Shown here: piece by piece, positions 27,501 to 42,500 of the stretch
How positions within the stretch are numbered: the stretch's first letter is position 1
Layout: every line of letters begins with the position of its first letter
Source: Ginglymostoma cirratum
Taxonomy: Eukaryota
Direction: 5' to 3'
Assembly (NCBI GenBank): GCA_024137785.1
Contig: JAHRHZ010000048.1
Coordinates: 959,221-1,023,220, forward strand
Length of the DNA: 64,000 nucleotides
Notes under the pieces: model-generated
Told to the model about the DNA's origin: nothing
Databases searched by the model: none
The model's input: the letters and a program-made list of their open reading frames with translations, nothing else
Translations under genes and position numbers: made by a program

Positions 27501-30500
27501 ACCTCCAACATCCCACACATTAAACACAACTGAATCCACCTGTGAAATAAGGTAAAAACAAACAAAACTACACTTGTAGCATTCTATAACATTGTTAATT
27601 ACAGTGACCAGTTTGTCAGAGATTCGCTTTAACAGAGCGCTGGCACAGGCATGATGGACCAAATAGTCTCCTATATACTTCAATATTTCTATCAAAGTAC
27701 ATTCTTCAAAGTAATGATGTGAGCCTTCCCGTTAGGTATGTGGAATTGGGAAATGTACCCTTAGAAGGTGCTATTAGGCATGGCTGAGAAAGCAGCAGAA
27801 TGATGGAAAAGACTTCATACATTGACATTGTTGCAAGGTGAAAGTTATTGCCCTTTCTCTATTTTGGACAAAACGTCACTGCACTGTAGTCAATTTTAAT
27901 CCTGCTCCAGTGGTGGAAACTGCTTGGTGGGCAGGGAGGAGTAGAGTTATAATGAAGACATTATTTTGCATACTGATCCTGCCCATTAATAAATGTAAAC
28001 CTGTAGAGCTCAGCAGGCAAAACAGAAAGCTCCCTAAAGCAGGCTGAGGTCTCAAAGATTTATGAAAATGTATGTCCCGCAGTGTAAGAAAACCTCAATG
28101 AGAGCAGACAATGAAAAATATGCGGCTGTCCTACTTGGCAGAAAACTGATCAATAGAGAGAAGAGACTTCACGAAATACCCTGTATATCAACACAAATAC
28201 AGAAAGCGATCCAACACATGACTGCATTACTTGATAAATGAGTTAGTGAGAATGAAAAATGTGCCCCTGAAAACTAAAAACAGTCTAAAAAAAATCAAAA
28301 AAAGTTAGCCCCCAGGAAAATCAAAGAGTCTAAAGAAAATTGACCCTTACCATGTTGGTGCTTCCCTCCACACAAAATTGGACCCACAAAAAGAGAGATG
28401 GTAATGTAGCAATATTGTCACTGGACAACAGAGAGCCAGGCTAATGCTCTGGGCACAATGTATCAAATCAAATTTTTCTGAAGAAGGGTCTAGGCCCGAA
28501 ACGTCAGCCTTCCTGCTCCTCTGATGCTGCTTGGCCTGCTGTGCTCATCCAGCTCTACACCTTGTTATCTATGATCTGTATATCCTTGTTTGCTATGATC
28601 TACCTGTGCTGCCCACAAAACAAAACTTTTCACTGTACTTAGGTACATGTGACAACAATAACTCTAATCATTTCAAATGTAATTTCCATTTAGAAATCTT
28701 AATAAATCTAGTCTCAAAAATAGTGTTTCAAGACCAATCTTTGATTGTTGTAAAAACCTACCTGGTTCACTAATGTCTTTCAGGGAACAAAATTTGCCAT
28801 CCTTATTGTGGTGTGGCCTGCATGTGACTCCAGATCCAAAGCAATGGGATGATTCTTAACTGCTTCTGAAATGGCTCTCGCAAAGAACTCAGTTCAAGGG
28901 CAATCAGGGATGGGCAACAAATATCAGCAAAGCCCACATTCCAGGAAATTGTAAAACAAAATGCAAGCAGTTTTCTAATCTCAAGTCCTGGCTCTATGTT
29001 CCTTTACCCCCTTCCCTTCTCTCACTTTTAAATCATGGATCATAGAATTCCTACAGTGTGAAAGCAAGTCATTCAGCCCATTGAGTCCACACTGATCCTC
29101 TCACTGAGCTTTTTGAAAATTGAAATGAAAACAAACAAAACTCAGCAGGTCTGGCAATCTATGGAGCAACAAATAGAGTGAACATTTCAGGTCTGTGACC
29201 TATCTGTTTCCTTCTACACAGATATTCCAGACCAGGCAACCATTTCCAGCGTTTTCCATTTTATTTTAGATTTTCGCAGAGCTTGCATTTTTATTAAAAA
29301 TCTTATGTGAGTAAGCATTCTCCCTCAGCCCCGGTTAGGCAGAGGCTGATGAACTACACTTTCTCCATTGGAATTAATAAAACTGGATGTGTTTCTGGAT
29401 GCTCAGAGCAGATCAGGAGTGGACGGAAGAAGATTATTGGGCTTTCCACTCTGATATTTAAAAGCAACAAAAAAGAAAATAAGACCCTTCAGATTCTCTG
29501 AACCCACATGGTATTATACTTCAATAACGCTATAATATCACTGGAACATAAATTGGAGTTAAGCAAGACTCATGGTACCTTTGTTTTGACATTGGCAGGT
29601 CGTAGAAGTTCCCAGTTCATAGTTTGGATGCTATTTTCTTTGGACATGCTTTGAGTGGGCTTTCCAGACTGCAGGGTCTCCAACAGAGTGGATTTTCCTT
29701 GACGCGGAGGTCCAACAATGATCATCTTCATTAGTTTGCAAGGCTCAGCTTTCCGCAGCTGTGCTCTCAGATAGGTCAGTATTGAACTGGGGCCTGTAAG
29801 ATGGTTACAAGTGACAAGTAATTTACCAAATTGCAATGCAGCACTGTTCTTGTGATTCAGATCAAATTCCTCTTCTAACTGCCTGTTATGAAACTCAATG
29901 TCCATTGCTAGACTTAATTTATACTTTAAGTTAAATGATTCTCCAAATCAAACACAGTTGATAATCTCAAAGTATTTTCAGAGTAACACCTAATCCTCCA
30001 TTGCATCATGTCAATTCCATAATCTTCCAAATTACATTAGAATTATCCGAATTGTTTGGAGCTGGCTCCAGAGAGGGGTCAGGGTCAGGTTCAGGGAAGG
30101 GCTCCAGTGAGGAGGCTGGGTCCAGGGAGGAGGGGAATTCCAGCAAGGGTGGTGGAACAGAGGCGGCAGCTCCGATTAGGGGGTTGTGGAAGAGTTGAGG
30201 GGCTCTGGTGAGGGAGCTGAGTCTGGTGAGTAGATTAAGGTATAAAATCACAATAGGTTAATAATCAATTACATCAACAAGTAAAACTATGACAATGGAT
30301 TTCAATGTAGACAAATGTGAAGTCATTACCTCTGAGCAGAGCACGGTGAAAAAAGGATAGAAATGATGAATTTAGAAAATGGTGGAAGTTGAGAAACCCT
30401 TATATATCATTAAAACACCATGAATAGTTCAGCCATAGTCTCACTGAAAGGTACAACAGCCTCGGGTCTGCATGGGGTCTTCTTGTACCTAAGTTCCAAT

Positions 30501-33500
30501 CTGCACCATTGCCTAACTGGAAAACACCCCCATGTCTTGACATAATGTCACATCACTGGTAGTTGGAAAAACATTAGAATAATGACTACAAGCTCAATTT
30601 ACCTTCATTTCTGATCTCTGTGGGCACATTAGAGATATTTAATTGATCGATATCCAGCTGCCACAGATTAGCCAGCTGGCCTAGCTCAGCAGGGAGCTCC
30701 CGAATTCCAGGGTTGCTGACGAAACAGAAAAAGTATTAAGTTGTACAGGCAGACAGAACCTACACTAATCCACTGTGCAAGTAACCAACTGATTTTGGAG
30801 TCAGTTCGTCTGATAAACTCCAGTTATAATTAAGGTACCATTTAAAAGAAAATTATTTTATTTATTTTGTCCTTCTTAACCCTGAGGGATAGACACAGCC
30901 TACCTGCCCATAACAGACTGAACTAAAACATGGACTTTTTCCACTCTCTGTGGAATAAATTCCATGGAGCTGCGTCTAGCAGAGACATTCATTAATTAGA
31001 TGGTAATGTTTTTCTAGAAAATAAACTTTTAACAATCTGGCCACAGCTTTCAATTGAATAAAGCATGCTGCTGTCACTGCAGGAGTCTACAGTAATCCCA
31101 TACTTATGAGTTATTATAAACAAGTAGCCGACTTACTTTGAAAGGTACAGCTCAGAGAGGGATCGCAGCCAGCACACTGACTGAGGGACTGAATCAAGAA
31201 AGTTGTTGTCCAGGTGCAGAACCTCTAAGCACTCACCAAGGAACTGTGGGAATTCAACTGGTGAAACTGAAAATAAAAGAATGAATGCATGTTGCTCCGT
31301 TGGTGTTTCATTACAAATTACTGTCCGCCTTTCTGTTAGTGTTACATTTGCACAACAGTGTAGACACTGACTACACTGAAGAATTCTGACACTGGTTTTC
31401 AGAAACACAGCAGGAAATAGGACTGAGACTGCTCCCTGTTCCCCACGAGTGAAACCAAAATAGAATCATAGAATTCTAGAGTAGAGGAGGCCACTTGACT
31501 CATTGTGTCCGTACTGGTTCCAGAAAGGGCTACCTAGTGAGTCCCATCTCTGTAAACTCAACACTTGTAAATATACATCCAGATTTCTTTAGAAACCTCC
31601 TATAGAATCTGCTTCTACCATTCTCCCACGCAAAACATTGCAAATCTATCATCTCTGAGTAAAGACATTTCTCCTCATCTCACTCCTAGCACACTTGTTG
31701 ACAATCTTGAAAATGTGACCCCTAGTTACTGACATATCAACCAGTGGAAAGAATATCGTTCTTTACCCTGTCAAAGTTGTTTATAATTTTGAACACTTCA
31801 TTAAGGTCACCTCTTAATCTTCTCTGCTCTAAGGGGAATGAGCCCAATTTATCTAATCTTTCCTCATATCTAAAATTTCTTATTCTGGCATCATTTTAGT
31901 AAATCTCCTTAGCAATCTCTCCAGAGCTTTAACATCCTTTTTTAAAATCATAGAATCCCTACAGCTTGGAAGCAGGTCATTCGGCCCATTGAGTCCACAT
32001 CACGCCTCGGAACAGCATCCCACCCAGACCCAATACCCTACCCTAAATCTGTAACCCTGAAAATTCCGTGGCGGTCATGGAGGAGGCAAGTCCCAGATAA
32101 GAGGCCATCATGGGGCAGTGGGTCACAGACCGGAGGCCGTCATGGGGAGGCAAGGCCCTTGCGGACTGGAGGCGAGGCCTTGGGTTTTGAAGCCTGGTGT
32201 GGTCTGGAAACTTGCCCTTTTGCGGTCTAGAGGTTAGGTGCTGGACTTGTGTGAAAAGGACTGAAATTCGGTACATTTTTTAAAAAAAACTTTTATTCTT
32301 ATGCTGGGCTTTTTTTTGAAAATTTTGTACCAAATACTTAAGTATCTGTACCTAGATAGCACCATAAGCGGCAACATAGCAAACTTTTCACTGTGCCAAT
32401 TTGAGTACATGTGACAATAAAACTCATTCATTCATTCAGCAGAGCCACACCAAAGCAGGTAAGCACTCAATTTTCTCTTTCCAATGAAAATTATGGAACA
32501 GGGAATGTAGAAGAGATTTTATAGATGTTTTTAAATGTAGGAATGGTTCTGGTAGAGCAAATAGGGGAAAACCTTGTTGGAGATTCAGGGTCAATGTTCA
32601 TCAAGGGAATGAGCAGAGCAGTTAGGAGAAACATCTTTTCTCAGACGGTAGATGAAGCGTGGGATACTTTGTCACAGTGACTGGTTGAGTTCAACACCAT
32701 GGTTCAGCACTTGCAGCTGTTCAAACATTTGCACTCATCATTGCCAATATCAAACCCAGGAGGAGGATTGGTCCACAACATTAATGGCCCATGGAAGGGG
32801 TAGACTATTACAGCCCAATACTGGTGTACATAGAAACATCTTAATGTCAGTAAAATGGTGCCAAATGTCAGCATATTATCCTTTCAATGCTGACCAACTA
32901 AAGAGTGCGAGAATGTATGTAATGAGATAGATGGATCAGAGAACTGGCAAACGCTCAATGGACCAAATAGCCTTTCCCTCTACTGTAAAACTCTGCAAAA
33001 AATTCTCTGCCAATTAATGCTTGGGCAGTTTCTTTCCTTGGCTGTGGGAACACAGTTCTACTAATCAGCTAGTGCAGGGAATATTAGCTCAATTCTCAAA
33101 GGAAGTTTGAGAAATTGAATTTGGTTTAAAACATCTGAAATGAGCAAAAGCAATCAAGAAGCTGTCAGAATGTCACAGAAATCCAACTAATTTCAGGTTC
33201 ATTCTCCAAGGAAGAAAACCCACTTTTCTAAATCAGTCTGGTCTACTTGGCATTCTGGTATTCCATGAAGGTGCCTGGATAATTAATTGCCCCCTGAAAT
33301 GAACTTGCAGCCATGCAGAAAGGCACCTTACAACAACCTCAAGCATAACCAGAGATTGGAAATAAATGTCAGCTTGCTAGTGATTCCCACATTCGAAGAA
33401 CAAAGAAAATGAAAAACAGTTCATTTTTTGGCAGATGATGACCAAGTGTTCAAATGAGAGATTTTTATAATGATAAGTCACATTTATTGGACCAGAGTTC

Positions 33501-36500
33501 AGAATGAGGGTAGGTCAGAGAGTTCTATTCCATAACTAATTCTCTTGCCATGTTGGCGTGGTTACTAGTGATCTACTGTGGTAAGGAGGAACGTAAATGA
33601 TCAGTTAAGTGGCAGATGCAGTTAAATAGTGAACAATATGCAAATATAATTTGTGAAACAACAGTAAAATGTAGATCTTAAACAGTGAAGTTTTCAGTGG
33701 AGTGGAGTGATATAAATGAACATAAATGTGAATTCCTAAAAGCAGGTGGGGAATTTAAAAAGCCATGAGACAAACTGAATACAGAAAATAGAAAGATCAA
33801 GAATACTTAATACTGTATGTAGAACTACATGCAAGTTTCAGTCTTCTCTCTGTAGAAGGATTATATCAAGAGCAACACCATATAGATTTACCATAAAGAT
33901 TGCAGGGATGTGGACTTAGGTTACTGTCATGTAAAACTTAATTGAAGCAGCCATGTAAATACTGTAATTACATGAGCCGGTCAGAGGATAGGAATACTGC
34001 AGTGAGTAACTCACCTGACTCCCCAAAGCCTGTCATCCACCTACAAGGCACTAGTTAGGGTGCCTTTTGCACCCCCAGCGGCTTGCTTGATTCTCCTTTC
34101 TCACTGCTACTTGCATGTCTGACCCGCTCTTCCTTCCTCAGTGGCCAGCCCAACTTTCTGCTCTCACACCCCCAACAGGGCTCCTAATTCTCCCCAACTC
34201 TCCACATTTCTCAGAAGCCCGCCCAACTCTTCCACTCCTCCCGACTGTGGCCCCCGACACATCCCACAACCCCACCCAGTCACCCTTCAACTTGGCACCC
34301 TGTTCCCGTGCCAACATTTCTGTCTCTGGCCTGCTGCAGTGGTAGAGTGAATTTCAATGTAAGCTGAAGGAACACCTCATCTTCCACCTAGGTACCTTAT
34401 AGCCTTCAGGACTCAACATTGAATTTAACAATTTGAGAACATGATTACTCTCCTCTGTTGGTTACCCTCCATCCTCACCTTCCTCCCCCTACATACTGCC
34501 TACAAAGGTACGCTTCAAGTCATTCACATCCAGATGCAGAGACTGTTGTTATTCCTTCACTGGCACTGGTCATAATCCTTAAATTCTCTCTTCTCACTGG
34601 GGCTTAGGCATGAACTTCAGGAAGATGGTTTATCACCACCATCCCAACAGCAATTAGAAATAATCAAATACCAAACTTGCTAGTGACACCCACATCATAA
34701 GAATGAATTAAGAAGTGATGGGATAGTTGACCATAAATGACTGAAATTCTAAAAAAAAACTGAAAGAAGCAGAATTAGAAACAAGGAAAGTAGGTAAACT
34801 GGACTGTGTAAAAATAACTTCAGCTGTTGGGTCAACATTCTGTGAGGTGAAGGGTCTCTTCCCACGTAAGTCACAAAGTTTTCTTGATTTTTTTTTCACC
34901 TGTGTCTGAAGTTTTCTTTAACCATGTTGTAAAAAAAGCTTTTCTAGTTCTGACTCCTTCTTCACTCCTGCACACAGAAAACAACAGAACATCTAGTTGT
35001 AAGAATTAGCAGTGAATTTGGAGCAACCACCAAACTTCACACAACAGCCTGATGGGTCACTGCACAATATTCTGAAACACACCATACCCCACTGTAACAC
35101 ACTGACAGGCTAGCAGAATGCGCAGACATGTGGCAGACGGAATCTTGATATATTGTGAGATGGTGTGTTTTAGCAGGAGGGATAGGGAGAAGTATACACT
35201 TAACTGCACAGTTCCACAGAAGGAGCTGCAGGGAAAGGGGGACCTAGGGTTTATATGCATAGATCTTTCAAGGAGGCAGGGTTACTGAAGGAGCAATTAG
35301 CAAAACATCTTGGGCTTTTAAATAGAGCTATTCAGTTCATATGCAAAGAAGTTCTGCCGAACCGTTAGAAAGCTCTGGTTAAGACAAAACTACAGAACTG
35401 CACCTAATTCTGGTCAATACAGGCTGAATTTTGGTTGAAGAGGCTGAAGAGTTGGTTTGGAAAGGGAGAGGATAACATAAAAATGGATGTAATGCAATGG
35501 GTGCTGTTTGAGGCCCTCTCATCCACCCCAGGCACTATGTTGTGCACAATGGGGGAGGTGAACAAACTGAAGGCCACCGAAGGCATTCTCCCTGTGTCTG
35601 TGTGGGTTTCCTCTGGGTGCTCCGGTTTCCTTCCACAGTCCAAAGATGTGCAGGCTAGGTGGATTGGCCATGCTAAATTGCCCGTAGTGTCCAGGGAGGG
35701 ATGCTCTGAGGTTCGATGTGGACTTGTTGGGCCGAAGGGCCTGTTTCCACACTGTAGGGATTCTATGAAAGAAGGACCTCTTTCCACACTGCAATTTTTC
35801 CTGCTGCAGGCAGAGGCCAACATTAAGTTTAAAGCCAGCAGCATTTACTGTTCGGTCAAGGTTAGGGGGTACCTCCTTTATGGGACCTTCCCTGTGTCCT
35901 TCCCTTTCCCAAGTGATCAGTGCACTTTCCTTAGTCTGGCTCCAGTGACAATCTTCACTGCTGACATGAGACAATCCTGGTATCTACCTCTCCCTATCCC
36001 TATTCCTTCTGCCAAGATGCATCACCTCACTTTCCTGTATTAAATTCACCTACCACTTGCTTGACCAATTTTCTTGTTTATCTTACACCAGATTGGGGCA
36101 AAAATCTCGACTCAAGCCACTTAAAGTTTCCCAGACGTTATCCAGCTACAGGGAATCTGGCTCGTGATATTTAAATGGGATAGAGTGGGGTGAATGGGAC
36201 TGACTGGATTGCTCTATAGATAGCCACGAACTCTATAGGCGTCCTGTATGACACAAGACTCAATGGCAATACTTACACACACTTATCACAAAGATCACTA
36301 TGGGTGGGGAAAGAAGATGCAAGCAGCAGTGGCATTGGGCAATAGGGAAAGTAAATGATCAGCCTCCAGAGCAGATTCCTCCCTCACATTCTGTCATGTT
36401 CTAGGTGCAGAAACATGGAAATTAAACACCAAGTAAACCAAACAAAACAACCGCTGGGCAGAGTAGAATAAGACTTGGGGATTGGTCACATTGTGGTAAG

Positions 36501-39500
36501 TCAGTTGTGACTGACATTGCTACATGTTTCCTCCTTTGAAAATTCTGAGTTGGGTGCTAGGGAATATTAAATGATCATTTGTCCTGCCCCTGACTTGTGA
36601 ATGCAGCAGTGCTGGGTATCCCAGGCTATCTCAGTATTTTTGCCCAGTATGTCACTGGCAGGCTGTACAAGTCCCACAACCAAAGTCCAAACTTACTGTG
36701 CAGGATCAATGACTTCTAAATACCCACCACTGCTTCCACCCTTACGCTCCATGAACGCTCAGAATGCAAATGCAAGGACACATTCGAGACAAGAAATCAG
36801 GATGAACCATGGGTGAACTCAAGGCTCGCTCCAAATAATGAAAACATCTTTGATTTTAAACATGGTGTTGGACAGTACTTACTTTCCAAGATGATTTCGA
36901 GAGAGATCAAGTGATTTCAGGCTAGAGCACTGCCATGTATCCATTGGAGGAAGAGACTGTATCTGATTTCCAGATAACTTCAGAGAGCTCAGGTTCTGTC
37001 ACCATTGAAAAAGTGGTTTGAGATATCATAGTTGAAGACAGCAACATAGGTTAACATCAATACATTCACCAATCCCAAACAACAGCACTGTATGTGATGA
37101 GTCTACACACAGGAAACTGGAGCAGAAGGAGAGGGAAGTCCCATGCTTTTGGGGGTTGGTTTGGGGGCAGGGGATAGTGGTGGTGCGGAGTTGTTGGAAT
37201 ATTGTTCTAGAGGTAGATTAAGGGAACATGAGTAGTATCCCAGCACTTTTGTTAGAGGCAAGCACTATAAAATGGTAAATTTAATTCAGGTCTGCAAGTG
37301 TGATAGAAATAACATGGAGGAGAAAAGCCCAACAGGGAAATACTAGAGATGTTGCATATTAAGGGAAATATGAGAAGATTATGCAGAGTCAGAAGACCAT
37401 TCAGCCCTTTCAGCCTGCTTTACCATTCAAGCAAATCAAAGCTGACCTTAAAATCCATTGGGCACAATTGCTCCATAAGATTTAAGATTGCTACCCAAGA
37501 AAAATTTTTTCACATAAGAGCAGAAAGCTCCAGTTTACCCCCAGCTTTTAGTGTAAGGTGGATTAGAGTTCCATATCCTATGACCTATTAAATTAATTTA
37601 CCTAATTAAATTTACCATTTTATAGTGCTTGCCTCTAACGAAACAGCTGGGATACTACTCATGTAGTGTTTCCAGATTTCCCTTTAAAAAAAGAATTACC
37701 TTTATGTAAATTATCACACAATTCAATCGTTTTGGTCCAGCTATCGCTCTGGTGAATTGATACTGTACCTTCTCCAAGATGAATATACCCTTCCGTGGCA
37801 TACTGCTCAAAATTGAACACAGAACTCCAGACAGGGTCTGGTGAAGGCCCTGTACAACTGAAGTGTAACTTACTCACACTGTAACTGCGTGCTCCCATTT
37901 AGGACAACTCATTGTGCCTCGAAACTCAATGTTGGTGGGCAGACAGTAACATACAACTCTCGCTTCCTTTATTCATCATAGCAAAGTCACCATAGTCTTA
38001 CCAGTTCACAGGGTTACTCTCTCATTGGAGAGAGATAACTGGTGATAGTTTAATCTGACGGCCACCACATCTTAGATGAGGGAGTGGCTGAGAAGGAGTG
38101 TCCTTCATGGTAACCTCAGCAGGTGTGGAATTGCGGCTGTTGGCGTTACTCTGCATCACAAACCTGCGTCCAACTAACCTAAGCTAACCAGTATCATAGG
38201 ACTTACATGGAAGTGATGTGGAGAAACCCAGTGGATGGTTTTCCATTATTTCAATCCATCAGTCTTTTACAGAAAACAAATCCCAAAATTGTGCACAAAT
38301 ACCTTAAGTTCAAAGATGTTTGCTGGCACTTCCTTCAACAAATTGTCAGAAAAATTTGCTTCTTTAAGATAATTCTTCCAGTAGATACTCAGAGTGTTTG
38401 GAAGGGATTTCAAGAAATTTCCAGAAACGTTACAAAATTTCTAGAAATATAGAAAAGAAGTTGCATTTTAACAATCATGTTAGTTTTAGGCATTCCACCT
38501 TCTCTTGAGAAGTACAGGAAAACGTGATTACCATTTGTTATAAACATCCATTGTCCAAATGATGCACATGACCAAGTCATTGCAGACATCAATGATTTAG
38601 GAGTGCGTATATGCTGATAAAAGAAGCATGTACCAGGACCAGAAACTTTCTGATGGCAAGACAGTCACAGAGTCATGACCTGTTGAATGTCCATACCTCC
38701 AACAGAAGGCCACCTGTGTGTGAGAGATGGACAGAGAGCACTGGGAGACACCCCCAAAGGCTGGACCCTCTACAGTCTCAGTCTGGAAGAGTATATGAAC
38801 TGGCCTGATCAAAAGCCTTCTGAAAATACAAGTACTCCACATCCCTAGTTCTCCTCAACTCTATGCTACATGGAACATCCTCATAAATATTTCAACATGT
38901 TTTGCCAAACAAGATTTGCCTTTCATAAATCCATGCAGTCTGTCTCCAACCTCACCATTTCTTTTCAAGTGTCCAGGTATCATGACTTTTATAATAAATT
39001 CTTATACTTTCTCTAATAATGACATCAAACTAATAAATATGCAGTTCTCCATTTGCTTTCTCTCTCTCTTCCTAAATAGTGGAGTTACATTTGCTTTTTT
39101 GCTGTCTGCAGTAACCTTTAGAATTTTAAAAATAATCAGCAATGCATTTTCTGTTAGCATAACCACCTTTTTCCAACACTGGGATGTAGCCCATCTGGCC
39201 AAGGGGATTTAGCAGTAGTCAGTCCTGTTAACGTTTCATGTACTACCTCTTTACTAAACCAATTCTTTCAGTTCTTGAATTTCACAAGTCCCTTGGTTTA
39301 CTAGTACGTCTGGGAGATTATCTGTATCTTCTGTGATGACAAACAATTTTTCTTCGTTTTTCTGCAATGTCCCTGTTCTTCATCAACATGGCCTCACCTT
39401 TAATTTCACCTGTAATTTGTCCGTAGTTAATCATTTCCTTTTCACATAGTCCACCTTCAAGTTCTCACTAGCCTGCGTTTATATTCTCTTTTACCATTCT

Positions 39501-42500
39501 TTATCAATTTCTTCAACATTCTACACTTCCAATTCTCAGGCTTACTATTATTTCTGGCCTCCTAATAAGCCAGTTTCATTGTTCTAATGCAATCTTTAAC
39601 TTCTTTTATTAGGCATGGTTGATTCACCTAGGTGTCTGTGCCTTGGAAGAATGAATGACGATTTATTGTCACTTGGATTTTACAGTAAAATACAGTAAAA
39701 AGCTTCAACTGTCATCACAATTTGGCACCATTTTGAATAGTTTAAGAATAAAAAGAATAAAAATATATAGCTGAAATAAGAGTTCATCTTCGTTCTGCTA
39801 CCTCCACCATGAGTTCTGAACTGGATCACCAACGACACCTGTGCTTCCACCCCTCCCACAATGATGTATATCTGTTGTAGGCCACATGGTAACTTTTTGA
39901 ATATTGCCCAATGATCAAATTCTTTACTGCATTTTTCTAATTCACATTCTTCTATCCAAATTGCCCCCATACCCTCAAAGTTTCTTTTGTCCAAAGTTAA
40001 GATCTTAATTTCAGGATAAACTACATCATATTCAAATTTAATGAGAAATTATGTATTATTATGGTCATTATTTTCCCACAGCTCCTTTTCAGCAATTGTA
40101 TTAATTTGCTGTTTCTCGAAACAGAATACGACATCTAAACAGGCCAATCCTTAGTTAGCACTTCAACATGTTGCTCTATCTTATACATAGCCCTGGAATT
40201 TATCCTCCGCAGTATTAGAGTTGACTTGGTTGATCCAGACTGTGAATAAGTTGAAGCTGCCCATTATTGCTGTTCTACGCATTTTACATGCATATCTATA
40301 TTCCTGACTTCTCCCATATCCAACCTTACTACTACTACTGTTTGCTGGACTGTAAACAACTTCAACCAAATTTTGCTTTTTCTCAGCTCCACTCAAACTG
40401 ATTCTATGTCTTGATCTTTCAATCTAAAATCCTTTTTTTATTAACATTTTGATCTCATCCCTTAATATAATTGGAGCTCATTCTTAGGTATGTGGGACCT
40501 CTACAAACAGGATGGTCTGCACCTGAACCAGAGGGGTACCAATATCCTTGGGGGGAAATTTGCTAATGCTCTTTGGGAGGGTTAAAACTAGTTCAGCTGG
40601 GGGATGGGAACTTGACTTGTAGCTCCAGTGTAAAGGAAGTTGAGAGCAGTGAGGTCATGAATAAGGTTTCAAGGTCGCAGGAGTGTACCGGCAGGCAGAA
40701 AGCTGGTTTGAAGTGTGTCTACTTCAACGCCAGGAGCATCCGGAATAAGGTGGGTGACCTTGCAGCATGGGCTGGTACCTGGGACTTCGATGTTGTGGCC
40801 ATTTCGGAGACATGGATAAAGCAGGGACAGGAATGGTTGTTGCAGGTTCCGGGGTTTAGATGTTTCAGTAAGATCAGGGAAGATGGTAAAAGAGGGGGAG
40901 GTGTGGCATTGTTAGTCAAGGACAGTATTACGGTGGTAGAAAGGATGTTTGATGAGGACTCGTCTACTGAGGTAGTATGGGCTGAGGTTAGAAACAGGAA
41001 AGGAGAGGTCACCCTGTTGGGAGTTTTCTACAGGCCTCCGAAAAGTTCCAGAGATGTAGAGGAAAGGATAGCAAAGATGATTCTGGATAGGAGCGAAAGG
41101 AACAGGGTAGTTGTTATGGGGGACTTTACCTTTCCAAATATTGACTGGAAACGCTATAGTTCAAGTACTTTAGATGGGTCAGTTTTTGTCCAGTGTGTGC
41201 AGGAGGGTTTCCTGACACAGTATGTAGACAGGCCAACAAGAGGCGATGCCACATTGGATTTGGTACTGGGTAATGAACCAGGCCAGGTGTTACATTTGGA
41301 GGTAGGTGAGCACTTTGGTGATAGTGACCACAACTCGGTTACATTTACTTTAGCGATGGAAAGGGATAGGTATATACCGCAGGGCAAGAGTCATAGCTGG
41401 GCGAAAGGCAATTATGAGGCGATTAGGCAAGACTTAGGATGCATAGGATGGGGAAGGAAACTGCAGGGGCTGGGCACAATTGGAATGTGGAGCTCATTCA
41501 GGGAACAGCTACTGCGTGTCCTTGATAAGTATGTACCTGTCAGGCAGGGAGGAAATGGTCGAGTGAGGGAACCGTGGTTTACTAAAGAAGTTGAATCTCT
41601 TGTCAAGAGGAAGAAGGAGGCGTATGTAAAGATGAAGTATGAAGGCTCAGTTAGGGCGCTTGAGAGTTACAAGTTAGCCAGGAAGGAGCTAAAGAGAGAG
41701 CTGAGAAGAGCCAGGAGGGGACATGACAAGTCTTTGGCAGGTAGGATCAAGGAAAATTCTAAAGCTTTCGAGAGGTATGTCAGGAAAAAAACAATGACAA
41801 GAGTAAGATTAGGGCCAGTCAAGGACAGTAGTGGGAAGTTGTGTGTGGAGTCCGAAGAGATAGGAGAGGCGCTAAGTGAGTATTTTTCATCGGTATTCAC
41901 ACATGAAAAAGACAATGTTGTCGAGGAGAATACTGAGATACAGGCTATTAGACTAGACGGGATTGACGTTCATGAGGAGGAGGTGTTAGCAATCCTGGAA
42001 AGTCTGAGAAAGTCCCCTGGGCTCGATGGGATCTATCCTAGGATTCTCTGGGAAGCTAGGGAGGAGATTGCAGAGCCTTTGGCTTTGATCCTTTTGTCGT
42101 CATTGTCTACAGGAATAGTACCAGAAGACTGGAGGATAGCAAATGTTGTCGCCTTGTTCAAGAAGGGGAGTAGAGACAACCCTGGTAATTATAGACCAGT
42201 GAGCCTTACTTCGGTTGTGGGTAAAGTGTTGGAAAGGATTATAAGAGATAGGATTTGTAATCATCGAGAAAGGAATAATTTGATTAGGGATAGTCAACAC
42301 GGTTTTGTGAAAGGTAGGTTGTGCCTCACAAACCTTATTGAGTTCTTTGAGAAGGTGACTAAACAGGTGGATGAGGGTAAAGCGGTTGATGTGGTGTATA
42401 TGAATTTCAGTAAAGCATTTGATAAGGTTCCCCATGGTAGGCTATTGCAGAAAATTCAGAGGCATGGGATTAAAGGTGATTTAGCGGTTTGGATCAGAAA

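Noticed and set aside
29570-29905. Assignment to LRRK2, MFHAS1 or DAPK1 (other ROCO genes)
   Set aside because: The P-loop GPPRQGKST and the COR sequences match LRRK1, not LRRK2 (GNTGSGKTT).
35435-36043. 202-aa ORF on the + strand
   Set aside because: It runs through a SINE ([22 protein letters not shown] is SINE-derived) and CR1 debris; a chance ORF.
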